Of a stretch of 64,000 nucleotides of DNA, positions 1 through 12,501 are shown one piece after another. The stretch spans positions 18,910,001-18,974,000 of the forward strand of contig JBHGNT010000002.1 in NCBI GenBank assembly GCA_043228905.1, written 5' to 3'. The stretch's first letter is position 1. Each line of letters starts with the position of its first letter. Below the pieces are notes generated by a model. It saw only the letters and a program-made list of their open reading frames with translations, was not told the DNA's origin and made no database searches. Position numbers and translations under genes: made by a program. The DNA is from Azolla caroliniana (taxonomy: Eukaryota > Plantae > Polypodiophyta).

Positions 1-77
1 CAATTGTAAAATCTAAAAATTTAGTACTGAAAAATGAAGAAATGAAAAAATTTAGTCCCGAAAATAAAAAAATGGAG

Positions 78-394
78 GGAAGGAACCTCCAATGGTGGCG
101 GGAGCGTTGATTCTGTGTGATATGCCGCCTCGATATGCTGGAAGGAACCTCAAATGGTGGAGGGAGCATTGAATTTGTGTGATATGCCGCCTTGATTTGG
201 TGGAAGGAACCTCCAATGGTGGAGGGAGCATTGAATCTATGTGATATGCCGCCTTGATTTAGTGGAAGGAACCTCCAATGGTGGAGGGCACCTTGAATCT
301 TTTTGATATGCCGCCTTGATTTAGTGGAAGGAACCTCCAATGGTGGAGGGCGCCTTGAATCTTTGTGATATGCCGCCTAGATTCGGTGGAAGGA
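78..394. repeat. Tandem array of a 62-bp unit (5 full copies plus a partial one)
   Basis: GGAAGGA motif recurs at 78, 140, 202, 264, 326 and 388; the units (GGAAGGAACCTCCAATGGTGG...GATATGCCGCCT) are head-to-tail with no unique spacers. Confidence 0.95.
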
Positions 395-2996
395 TCCTTG
401 CCTCGATGGAAAAAGCCCCAAATCACCACGACATAAACTGCAATCGGTGGAAGTAAGAAAGTCGTTGTCGAAGAAGTCACTATTGGCTGTTATAAGAGGC
501 CTCAGAATAGTCTTTGTTCCTGAACCTAAACCCTAACAAAAACAGAAACCCTAAAAAAACCAGAAATCCTCAACTCAAAAGCTCCAACCTGACATGGATG
601 TCTGAGATTTGCTCCCTAAACCCTAACAAAACTCTTAGATTGGAGGAAAAGCAAAAACGTGACATGGATGTTTGAGATGAACAGCTCAGAGGGATAGAGG
701 AAGAGGAGTATGAGGGGAACTGCCAAAAATGACGTGAGGGGAAAATAGCCCCCAAAATGGAAAGAACAGCTCCTCACATGTTCCCCTCGCTCCTTGTAGT
801 AAATGACACTTGTACTACAGTCACCCCACTCTCCAAAATCGATTTTTTTTTTCTTTGATTTTTTTTTCTAAATTATTCAGTACTAACAGTATCGAAAGTA
901 CTGACAATTTTTGTGGCCAAAAACAGTACTTTTCTGGTACACCGTAGCGTGCTTCCACCCCTCTTGCACAAGCGGATCGTCCACGTCAATTACTGGCGGC
1001 TTCAAGACTTGCAAACGAAACAAGTTGTTTTCGGTTTACCAAAGTTTAGTGGCCGAAAGGCCCGTGTATGTGAAGCCTGCCAACTCGGGAAGCAACACCG
1101 GCTTCCATTCCCCACCGAACGAAACTGGAGTTATAACAAGCTCGACCTTATCCATTCAGATGTTTGGGGACCGGCACAGAATGTTAGTCTTGGCGGGAGT
1201 CGATATTTCGTCTCCTTCATTGACGACTATAGCCGGCACACATGGATCTACCTCATTGAGCGGAAGAGCGAAGTTTTCGATTGTTTCCGGAACCTCCAAA
1301 GCATGGTGGAATGGGGATCGGAGAGAAAGATCAAATGTCTGCGGTCGGATGGCGGAAAAGAGTACTTTTTTGGCCAATTCAATAGTTATCTGCAGCAAAA
1401 GGGAATTTGGCGAGAGTTCAGCTGCAAATACACACCGGAACAGAACGACGTGGCTGAAAGGAAGAACCGTCGCTTGTCGACGCGGCAAGGGCAATGCTGG
1501 AAGAGAAGAGCATGCCCCATTTCTACTGGGCAGAGACGATCTGGACGGTCGTCTACATCCAAAACTGGATCGGTGACAAGGTGTCCGCGCATGAGCTATA
1601 TTTCGGGCACAAGCCGAATTTGCGACACCTTCGGGTATTTGGTAGCGTTGCATATGGGCATGTGCCAAATGGGAAGCGGAGGAAATTGGATGCAAAGTTG
1701 GAGAAATGCATCCTGGTCGGTTACTCGCATGAGCAAAAGGGGTATAAGTGTTATAACCCCCGGACGAAGCAAGTCCAAGTTAGCCGGGATGTTGAGTTTG
1801 ATGAGATGGCATCATGGTAAGCCTTATTGGCTCCGACTTCCGACCCCGACCCGATACCGGAGGATGAGGCTAGTGAAGTTGAACCAGCCCAGATAAAAGA
1901 TGATGAATTTGGGACTCAAGAAGAGAGTCCGGAATCATTTCGGTTGAGTGGGTCGAACGAGAGACTGGGTCAATCCGACCAGTCAGATGAGGAACCGGCT
2001 AGTAGTGAAGACTTTGTCATGCTCTCCCCGCACAAGGAACCGAGGAGACGGTTCATGTGCAAAGAGAAGGGGAAGAAGAAGATGTCGAATTATGAAACCG
2101 GTAATGATGAGTCGGATCGAAGCGGATCCGACTCTAGAAAGGACAATGATGGTTCTTTGGCAACGAAGACCAAACCAGCCAAGAAGGGCCTCAAACCGGG
2201 TAACGGTGAGTTACGGCGGTCAACCCGCCAGAAGGAACCTGGTAAGCGGTACGGGTACAATGAGTACATGGCGCATCACTATGCATACATGACCAAGGTG
2301 GCGGAAGTGCATGAACCGGAGAGCTACGCAGAAGCGGCAAAGGACGCAAATTGGCGTGCCGCTATGGAGGAAGAAATGCGGGCACTTGATGCCAACAAGA
2401 CCTGGGACCTGGTTGACCCTCCCCGTCACTGTAAACCGATTGGATGCAAGTGGGTGTACAAGGTAAAGTACAACGCCGACAGTTCAATTCACCGGTACAA
2501 GGCCCGGTTAGTGGTGAAGGGATACACGCAGACCTACGGAATCGACTATGATGAGACCTTCGCTCCAGTAGCGAAGATGATGATAGTTCGTGTGGTACTA
2601 GCGGTTGATGCGGCAAGGGGGTGGCATCTTCACCAAATGGATGTGAAGAATGCGTTTCTTCAAGGTCATCTTGAAGAAGAAGTCTTTATGACTCAACCCC
2701 CCAGTTTTCAATCAGAGATGAACAAGTCAGCGGTATACAGGCTGAAGAAGTCAATTTATGGCCTGAAGCAAGCCCCCCGAGCTTGGAATGCGAAGATCAC
2801 GCGCCGGTTGCGTAAGATGGGGTTTGCGGCCTCCAAGTCCGACTCTTCGTTGTTCATGTGGCAAGGTCCGGACAGTCCGGTTTGCATCTTGTTGTATGTT
2901 GATGATCTAGTCATCACCGGACCCAGACTTGATGAAATCAGCCGAGTCAAGTCCCAGCTGTCAGATGCATTTGAGGTGAAGGACCTGGGGGACCTT

Positions 2997-3635
2997 TGTT
3001 AGAAATATTGAGAATCTATTAGATAGGTATATAGAGTTACAACTACAAAGATGAGATATATGAAAACAAAACTTCTATTACATATGAGAGTAGCTCACAA
3101 TGGTAATTTTCCCATGCACTCACACCTTAGAGCTTAGATAGGATATCGACCACCTCACTACAAAATTAGTGGGGACTGATAATCAAGCCAACCACTGTGA
3201 AAAGAAAGTGGATTTCTTTCTATGTTTGGTCTAAGTATAACATTAAATGTGCAAGTCAGTTGATAGTAGTGGAGATATTCCTTTTATGTCAACTGACTTG
3301 TCATTTATTATGACCAACTCCCTAGGTACAGGCTACTGCTAGATAGTACTTATCTTGAAGTCAATGACACATACTTCAAGACTAAGTACATCGTAACTTG
3401 CCCACAAAATATTCTAGTTGACTTGATTAGCCAATCCAATTACCTATTTCTCTCTTTCCTAAACACATTGTGTCCTACACATCTACGGTTTCCTGGATTA
3501 ACACCTTATCGACCCATATGGTTGAGTTGCACACTAGCCGCTCCTCATTTGGGGCGCTATCACAAAATGTGCACTCTAAGAGCACATATGGGGATAGATT
3601 TACCACTTGGGGCTGATCATTGATTATATCTAACA
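2997..3635 (-). repeat. 3' LTR of copia B
   Basis: Direct repeat of 7209-7847; PPT-like sequence adjacent (3636-3647). Confidence 0.95.
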
Positions 3636-6600
3636 CGCCCCATCAATGATCAACCCATTGAGCTCACTTGGAATTGGGCCAACTCCTAGTCGTCGAAGGT
3701 GTTGTTGTAACTGTTCTGCTCCAAGCGCCTTTGTGAATATATCCACAACATTTTCTGATGTCGGACAATACTCAAGCTCCACAGTCTCATCATTTATTAG
3801 CTCCTGCACATAGTGATATTGAATCTCTATGTGTTTAGTACGTGCATGAAATACGGGGTTCATGGCAATGGCCATGCAACTCTGATTGTCACACCTCAAT
3901 ACCGTTGTCGTCCTTACTAGAAATGCTACATCCGTAAGGATTCTTCTTAGCCAAACTACATCGCATGCCGCTATGCATGCTACTTTGTATTCTGCCTCCG
4001 TTGAAGATAGTGCCATTGTTGGTTGTTTTTTACTACTCCAGAACCTATTTAAAAACAATATCTAAAAACTGATTTTTTGGAATCACTATCTCCAGCCCAG
4101 TCGGAGTCGCAATACCCACTAAGTTCGTCAATTGTTGGCTTGTAGAAGATTCCGTAATTTAAAGTACCCACAATGTACTTTAATACACGAAGAGCAGCTT
4201 TCCAATGAGTCTCCTTCGGCTTGTTGCTGAATCGACTCACCACACTGACTGCAAAACAAATATCTAGCCTAGTGTTGTATAGGAAAATTAGACTTCCTAC
4301 TAGTTGTCTATACTTCCTTATGTCAACCATTGGTGATGGGTCTTCTTGGGATAGTTTGGAGTTTGACTCCATTGGAGTTGACTTCAACTTGTTGTCCATC
4401 ATCCCAAAGGTCTTCAAGATCTCTGTTGCATACTTTCTTTGTGACATGAAGATGCCAACTGAAGTTTGCCAAACCTCAATTCCAAGGAAGTAGTGTAGAA
4501 TCCCCAAGTCTGTCATTTCAAACTCAATTTTCAAACACTCTTGTGTTTAGACAATGCACTCTTCATGGTCACCAGTAAGAACTAGGTCATCCACGTAAAT
4601 GATGATGATGACTTATTTCCCGTCCTTCATTTTGACATACATACTTGCATCTGAAGCACATTGCTTAAAGTTGATTGATCATAAGAAGCTGTCTATCCTC
4701 TTGTTCCAAGCTCTTGGTGCTTGCTTTAGACCATACAACACCTTCTTCAGCTTGCATACTTTGTTTTCTAAATTCAGCATTTCAAACCCCCGTGGTTGCA
4801 TCACGTATACCTCCTCCTTGAGATGCCCATTCAGAAATGCCGATTTGACATCCATTTGGTAATTCGGCCATCCTCTTGAAGCGGCCAACGCTATGACCAT
4901 TCGAATTGTTGTCATGCGAGCTGTCGGGGCAAATGTTTCTTGTACATTGAACCCTTCAATTTGGGGGTATCCTTGGGCTACTAGCCTGGCCTTGAATTTC
5001 TCCAAAGCACCATCAGCTTTATACTTTACTTTCCACACCCACTTCGTGCCTATCACCTTCTTCTTTGTTGGCCTCTCTACCAACTCCCATGTGTCATTTC
5101 ATGATGCTATCATATTCTGATATCATCGCCTCTTTCCACTTCGGGTTGGACATTGCTTCCTCCACCGAGGTCGGCTCACTCACTAAGTTGATGATGTCCA
5201 CCATCAGAGCCATGTTGACAATGTGGTCAGAGGTTCTCCCTTGCTCCTGTATTCTTCTTGATCTTCGTAATCCATCAGTCGAAGTTTCAGGAAACTCAAC
5301 TTTAGGAGTACGGTCATTGAAGAGTTGTTGAGCCCACTTAGGTATTTTCTTTACATGTGGGACTGGCATAGGCTGAACTAGTGAGCCATTACTATCAAAT
5401 GATTCAGCTTTCTTTTCTGAACAATGGGTCGGGATTGGGTTAAATACCTCTTCAGTTGATGAGATAACTTGAGAATCGTTGTTCTCAGCTAGCTATGGTT
5501 GTTCTTCATCAAACACCACATCGCGGCTTGTCAATATCTTTCTTGCCTTTGGATCGTAGAATCAATAGGCCTTTACCTCCTCACTATATCCGAGAAAGGT
5601 ACACTTCTTGCTTTTAGCATCCAACTTCTTTCTGCTCACATCTGGAACATGTGCGTAGCACGTACAGCCAAAGGTTCTGAAGTGCAGCACTGAAGGTTTC
5701 TTGCCTGAATAAGCTTTGTGGGGTGTTTTCCCTTGAAGTGCCTTCGTGTAGCTCCGATTGAGGATGTAAACTGTTGTATTCACTGCTTCAGCCCAGAATG
5801 GGTCAGGCAGCGCTTGTGCCTTCAACATACACCTAGCCATCTCAACAATTGTTCGTTTTCGACGTTCGACAACACCATTTTGTTGTGGGGTGTAGGCAGT
5901 TGTAAGTTGGCACTTAATTCCATGCTCTTTGTTGTGGGGTGTAGGCAGTTGTTGCTTTGAGGGAGACGGTTCCAGTTCCTTTGGCTGGATATCGAGCATT
6001 GTTCCCGACCACAACATTGATGGGCTCTTGTAGAGGTGTCCAAGAGTTATACTAGTCACGATTACTAGTCATATGTCGAGATGCTCCACTATCGAGAATC
6101 CAAGAGTCGTCGACAACTTGGGTGTAAACTGAAGAACACACTTCTTCAATTGTGACCCATAACTCAAGCTCTCTCCAAGAGATCTTACTAGAACCATTCT
6201 TCTCGTCCGCCATCTTCTTCCGACAATCCTTGATTGTGTGACCCTTCTTGTCACAATAGAAACACGATCCATTGAACTTCTTCTTTGGTATCCTATTCAC
6301 ATTGTTTGAATTGGATGCCCCTTTACCCTTAGTCCTAGAGACAAATGCCAAATCTTCCCTTCCTTCTCTTGTCTTCAACCGAAGCTCCTCTTCAAGCAAC
6401 ATCGCACTTAGTTCATCAAATTTTAAAGGAGTGGGTCAAACCTGAGTGTTCAATGTTGTCACAATGCCATCATACTTGAAAGAAAGTACTCGAATGCACC
6501 GATGAGCCATATCCTCTTGAGAGAAGACTACTCCAACAGCCGCCAGTTGATCTTGAAGATCCTTAATCCTTTTACAAAGGATTCTACTTTCTCTCCATCG

Positions 6601-7033
6601 GTGAGCTTCTCTGCAGCAAGCTGATTTTCAAAGTTTTGTATCCTTGTATAGTTTCTGGTCTCATACTAGCTGGCCAATATGCTCCAAGCTTCATGTGCCT
6701 TGTTTGTATGTTGCACTAATGTTAGTACAAAGTCACATACACTAGTGACTATGGTACACAACGCATCAGCATTCCTTCTCTTCCAGGCTCGAAGTAGATC
6801 AACATTTGGAGAGATTGATGTAGTAGGGTGTGCAGGGTCAAAGGTCGTCATGGGCTCAAGGTCTCCTCATGTGGGTCCCATGATTGTCTGCAACAACTCG
6901 TAGGAGTCCAAAATGGCAGACATTTTGAACTTCCATAGAGTGTAGTTGGTTCCATCTAGCTTTCCATTAGACAATGGAGGTGGCGAATGTGCAGTGGAGC
7001 AGCAGCAACATTCGTGGACAAGGCCATTGATAA

Positions 7034-7045
7034 TCTCTCTCTCTC

Positions 7046-7136
<91 letters not shown>
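7034..7136. repeat. (CT)n microsatellite in the leader of B
   Basis: About 100 bp of near-perfect CT repeat. Confidence 0.97.
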
Positions 7137-7138
<2 letters not shown>

Positions 7139-7208
7139 TTCTCTGTGCTGCCAGACAGCAACTGCCCGTATATACCTAATCTACATCAACCTCTCAGCTC
7201 TGATACCA

Positions 7209-7847
7209 TGTTAGAAATATTGAGAATCGATTAGATAAGTATATAGAGTTACAACTACAAAGATGAGATATATGAAAACAAAACTTCTATTACATATGAG
7301 AGTAGCTCACAATGGTAATTTTCCCATGCATTCACACCCTAGAGCTTAGATAGGATATGGACCACCTCACTACAAAATTAGTGGGGACTGATAATCAAGC
7401 CAACCACTGTGAAAAGAAAGTGGATTTCTTTCTATGTTTGGTCTAAGTATAACATTAAATGTGCAAGTCAGTTGATAGTAGTGGAGATATTCCTTTTCTG
7501 TCAACTGACTTGTCATTTAATATGACCAACTCCCTAGGTACAGGCTACTGCTAGATAGTACTTATCTAGAAGTCAATGACACATACTTCAAGACTAAGTA
7601 CATCGTAACTTGTTCACAAAATATTCTAGTTGACTTGATTAGCCAATCCTATTACCTATTTCTCTCTTTCCTAAATACATTGTGTCCTACACATCTACGG
7701 TTTCCTAGATTAACACCTTATCGACCTATATGGTTGAGTTGCACACTAGTCGCTCCTCATTTGGGGCGCTATCACAAAATGTGCACTCTAAGAGCACATA
7801 TGGGGATAGATTTACAATTTGGGGTTGATCATTGATTATATCTGACA
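7209..7847 (-). repeat. 5' LTR of copia B
   Basis: Direct repeat of 2997-3635; abuts the iMet PBS. Confidence 0.95.
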
Positions 7848-9321
7848 ACCTTCACTATTTCCTTGGGATCGAGGTGATCCAAACCCCCGACGGCATATTG
7901 CTCTCACAAAGACATTATGTGTTGAATATGCTATACAAGTTCGGCATGACAGAATGCCGACTAATCCCCACACCCTTGGACTGGAACCAGAAGCTCCGTC
8001 CCAACTCCGGCCTAGCTTGCGATGAGAAGCAATTCTGACAAATCGTCGGAAGCCTGATATATTTGACAATCACCCGACCCGACATCAGCTATCCAGTCGG
8101 CGTGATCAGCCAATATATGCAGAAGCTGACCGTGGAGCACCTTCTGTGCGCGCATCGAATTTTGTGATATGTGGGCGGCACGAAGGGCCGGGGACTGTTA
8201 TACCGGTGTGGTATAACCGAAGAGCTAGTCGGCTACACCGATGCCGACTGGGCCGATCGACCTCTGGATATATGTTTTTCCTAGGTAGCGCGGTTGTTGC
8301 GTGGAGTAGCAAAAAGCAGCCAACAATGGCTCTGTCGAGCACTGAGGCTGAGTATCGGGGCGCTACCGTCACCACCTGTGAAGCCATTTGGCTTCAGCGA
8401 CTGCTGCAAGACCTACGGATCAAGGTACCGACCCCGATCCTGATCTACTGCGACAATATGAGCAGCATGCAACTTGCCAAGAACCCCGTGTTCCATGCTC
8501 GCACAAAGCACATAAAACTGCATTATCACTTCGTGTGTGAGCGGGTCCTAAGCGGTGAAGTAGAACTTCGATATGTTCAAACGGATCGGCAGGTTGCCGA
8601 CATCTTCACCAAACCGTTAGGATCGGACAAGTTGCAGCACTTTACCGAAATGCTTGGTGTTAACCATCTTGACGTGCCGCACTTAAGGGGGAGAAAGGGT
8701 AGCAAAGGCACCAGAACGGGCAAAGGCAAAGAAATTGTTGTTGGCACCGGTGAGGGAAGAACCAAAAGAGGGGGAGACAAGAAGGAAAAGGAAGCCAAGG
8801 CAAGGAAGGAAGTCGGCACATCCAAACAAGTCAGAACGAGCGGTTGTTGCGGTAGAGTCAAGAAGGACAGAGCCGACCGGAAGGAGAAGGGCAAGACTCG
8901 AACATGGTCCAATGTGGTAAAGGGCCTGGAACCGGAAGACGAGTTGGAAGATACCGATTCGGACAAGAGCAGGAATGAATAAGATACAATTGATTCGGTT
9001 CAAGAGTTGGATTCGGAGGAGCCAAATCAACTAAAGGCCAAGCAGACACGAACGCAGCGGAAGTCGACGCCATCGCGGAGGAACCGACGGCTCCGCAAGC
9101 GTCGGAGTCGCAACAGCGAGGGAGCTGAATTGGGCCTATTGAGCAGATGAGCCGACCGAGAAGGTTAAGGTGCGCAGAACAAGAAGGGTTGCGGAAAATA
9201 GAACCGGACCGGATGACGAGCGCGAGCGAGGCATAGCGAAGCCAGAAGGAGCCGGGTAGAAGGACCGGTTGCCACAGACGTTGACACTACGACCGGACCT
9301 CAAGTTGAGCTTGAGGGGGAG

Positions 9322-9764
9322 TGTTGAGCGGCAAGCTCAACTGAAGCCGGATCAGCTGAATAAGCCTGGGCCGGTGACCGAGACGGATCGGTGAGCCGGT
9401 GAGCACCCGGTGAGCAAAAGAGCCGGTGAGCTAGGGAGCCGGTTAGTCGGATCCAGCAGTAACCAAAAGCCTAGTAATAACTTAGATTACTAGGTAGTTA
9501 TTGTCTCATAGTTAGTGTCAGACACTCGTGTGAGCATTGAAGTACGTTGTACTTCTGTCAATCCCATGAGGACTTGTATAAATAGTGTTGTTGAGCATGT
9601 TGTATATACAGAGTCTTGATATAATTTTTTGAATTAAGATTCTTGTTCTGCTCTCTCTCTGTCTCTCCCGAGTACTCTCTGTATTCTGTGTATTATTCTC
9701 TCTCTCTCTCTCTCTGCTACGCAGTCAAGCTGTTGTCTTATGCTTCCGCACATACGTTTCCACA
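9322..9764 (+). repeat. 3' LTR of copia A
   Basis: TGTTGAGC...TTCCACA directly after the PPT; homologous to the K LTR at 62478-62896; followed by resumption of host copia C (ACTTGC, zinc-knuckle TCFYCGKPG). Confidence 0.85.
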
Positions 9765-12501
9765 ACTTGCTTCTACTGTGGGAAGCCGGGCGCTTCCAGA
9801 AGAACTGTCAACATTTCCAGAAAGAGAAAGAAACCGACACCACCAATTCGAAGAAGAGTTCGGACTGAAATGATTCCGATCGGAGAGGCCCAGATCGGAA
9901 GGGAATGTCGGCGATTGCGACAAGTGAAGAAGAATTGATGCTCATTAGCGAAGAGAATGAGTTAAACCTTGCCGGCGATGAAACAACATGGGTTGCCGAT
10001 TCCGGAAATGCTTCTCATCCTACACAACCGATGATCATGGTTGTGTCCGGATGGGGAATGAAGGTACATGCCGAATTGTTAGCATAGGAGATGTGTTGTT
10101 GACGACATCAAATAGATGCAAGTTGCTGCTAAAGGATGTCTGACACGTTCCAGAGGTTCGACTAAACCTAATATCAGTCGATCGGCTAGATGATGAAGGC
10201 TATACCGGTAGCATTCAGAACGGAGTCTAATAGTGGCTCGAGCCCGTAAGGTCAACACACTGTATTTGATGCATGCCCGGATATGCCAAGAAGAAGTGAA
10301 CGTAGCATCCAACACTGCCGGTGAGCTGTGGCACAAAAGATTGTGTCACATGGGTGAGAAGGGGATGAAGAGGCTTGCCGAAGACAACCTCATTCCAGTG
10401 AAGGACATGCAACTTGAGAAGTGCACCGATTGCTTGGCTGGCAAGCAATACCACACCTCCTTCCGGTCAAGATTACTGATGAGACGGAATGCACCACTGG
10501 AGCTGGTGCATACCGATGTGTGTCAAGTGGACACGAAGTCACATGTCGGATCGTAGCACTTCGTGACGTTCATAGATGACCACAGCCGGAAGCTGTAGGT
10601 CTCACCATTGAAGACGAAGGATCAGGTGCCATCCGTCTTCAAGGAACTCCATGCAAGAGTGGAAAGAAAAACCGGCCAGAAGCTGAAGACGGTTCGAGCA
10701 GATAACGGAGGAGAATATTGGGGACAGTTTGAGGAGTACTACTGGTCGAAGGGAATCTGGCTCAAGTTTATTGTGTCGAAGACGTCGGAACTAAACGGGT
10801 TGGCCGAAAGGATGAACTAGACCATAATGGAGAGAGTCTGGAGCATGCTAGCATGTGCAAAGTTACCCAAGACGTTTTGGGCTGAGGCGCTGACGACGAC
10901 AACCTATGTGATAAATAGATCACCCTCAGCACCATTGGAAGGAGACTCCCCTCAGAAAGTATGGACCGGTAAAGATGTATCTTACCGGCATCTGAAGGTG
11001 TTCGGATGTCTCGCATATGTGCATGTTGCAAAGGACAAGAGAGCAAAGCTGAATCCGAAGTCCAGGCCATGCATGTTCCTTGGATACGGTAATGATGAGT
11101 TCGGTTACCAGGTGTGGGATCTGGTCGACAAGAAGGTGTTCCGGAGTCGGGACATAGTTTTCATGGAAGATCGGACCATTGCCAACTAGGAGTCGGAGAA
11201 GGTGATGAACTCCGGATCATTCATTGAAAACCAGCTTGAGGACACAAGGACTTACCTTGTTGAAAACTGGACGCTAGCCGGTAACCGGATGACACTCGAC
11301 GAACCGGCCGGATACGGGCAAGAAACTGAACCAACCGAAGAAGAAGAAGAAGACACCGGAACCGGACAAGATCCCGAATCGGATGAGGATGAGGAACAAA
11401 CGGAGGAACCAGCAGTCAGAAACTAGGGACAGAGATATCCTCTCTGAGAGAGAAGAGCCTCCCAAAGATTTCCGGATGCAGAGCATGTGTTGCTAACCGA
11501 TGAGGGGGAGCCGGAAAGCTTCGAAGAAGCAAAGAGAGACACCCACAACCGCAAATGGTTGAGTGCCATGCAGGATGAGATGGATTCCCTACATGAGAAC
11601 CACACATATGAACTGACGGAGTTGCTGAAAGGGAAGAGAGCACATGTTCAAACCGGGAGATGCAAGAAATCCACCCAGGTATAAGGCCCGAATCGTGGTG
11701 AAGGGCTTCCAACAGAAGAAAGGAGTGGATTTTGATGAGATCTTTGCCCCGGTAGTAAAGATGACCTCCATCTACATGGTATTGAGCATGGCGGCAAGCA
11801 TGGACCTCGAGGTAGAGCAACTGGACGTCAAGACGACATTCCTACATGGCAACCTTGAAGAAGAGATCTACATGCACCAACCGGAAGGATTTGAGAGGAA
11901 AGGGAAGGAGCACCTGGTGTGCCGGCTAAAGAAGAGCCTATACAGACTGAAGCAAGCCCCCTGGCAATGGTACCGGAAGTTCGACTCCTTCATGACCGAC
12001 CAAGGGTCCCATAAAACGCAAGCCGATCACTGCGTGTTTGTGAAGAAATTTGACAGAGGACATTTCCTGATACTCCTCCTATATGTGGATGATATGTTGA
12101 TCGTCGGACGAGACCAAGGCAAGATTCAGATGTTGAAGAAGGCTCTGAACCGGACCTTCTCAATGAAAGACCTAGGTCCGGCAAGACAGATATTGGGAAT
12201 GCACATCATTCGGGACCGGTCGAAGAAGCTGTTGTGGCTATCACAGGAGAAGTATGTGACAAAGGTGCTTCAAAGGTTCAACATGTCGAAGGCGAAACCG
12301 GTCAGATCGACACTTCTAGCAAACTGCAAGCTATCTGGAAAACAAAGCCCGAGGACAAAGGCGGAGAAGACGGATATGATGAAGATACCATATGCCTCTG
12401 CTTTTGGGAGCCTGATGTACGCAATGGTATGTACCCGGCCGGATATCAGATATGCATTCGGAGTGGTGAGCCGTTTCATGGGTAATCCCGGCAAAGAGCA
12501 C
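9765..12501 (+). mobile_element. Ty1/copia fragment C (Tnt1/Tork-like; same family as F), truncated in RT
   Basis: Zn knuckle, protease (TTWVADSG), LWHKRLCHM, LELVHTDVC, FWAEAL, RT (YKARIVVKGF, QLDVKTTFLHG, LLLYVDDML); ends abruptly at PGKEH; many stops. Confidence 0.9.

Larger units (their letters stand above)
2997..7847 (-). mobile_element. Ty1/copia LTR retrotransposon B, both LTRs present, decayed, nested in the RT of A
   Basis: 639-bp LTRs at 2997-3635 and 7209-7847 (TG..CA); 5-bp TSD ACCTT at 2992-2996 and 7848-7852, and removing B restores GDLHYFLG; tRNA-iMet PBS TGGTATCAGAGC (- strand, 7197-7208); gag with CCHC knuckle, protease WILDSGAS, partial integrase, RT and RNase H fragments on -. 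Confidence 0.97.
961..9764 (+). mobile_element. Ty1/copia LTR retrotransposon A (5' part not in window; interrupted by element B)
   Basis: GAG-pre-integrase/integrase (HKRIVHVN..CEACQLGK..LIHSDVWGP, ORF 913..1896), RT (YKARLVVKGY, HQMDVKNAFL, LYVDDL; ORF 1827..3002), and after B the RT end plus RNase H (WSSKKQ, STEAEY, YCDN, ADIFTKPL; ORF 8146..8982). PPT GAGGGGGAG precedes the 3' LTR. Frameshifts indicate decay. Confidence 0.93.

Noticed and set aside
78-394. CRISPR-like array
   Set aside because: The whole 62-bp unit repeats with no unique spacers, there are no cas genes, and the context is eukaryotic; it is a minisatellite
520-630. Interstitial telomere
   Set aside because: Only isolated AAACCCTAA motifs, no tandem (TTTAGGG)n array
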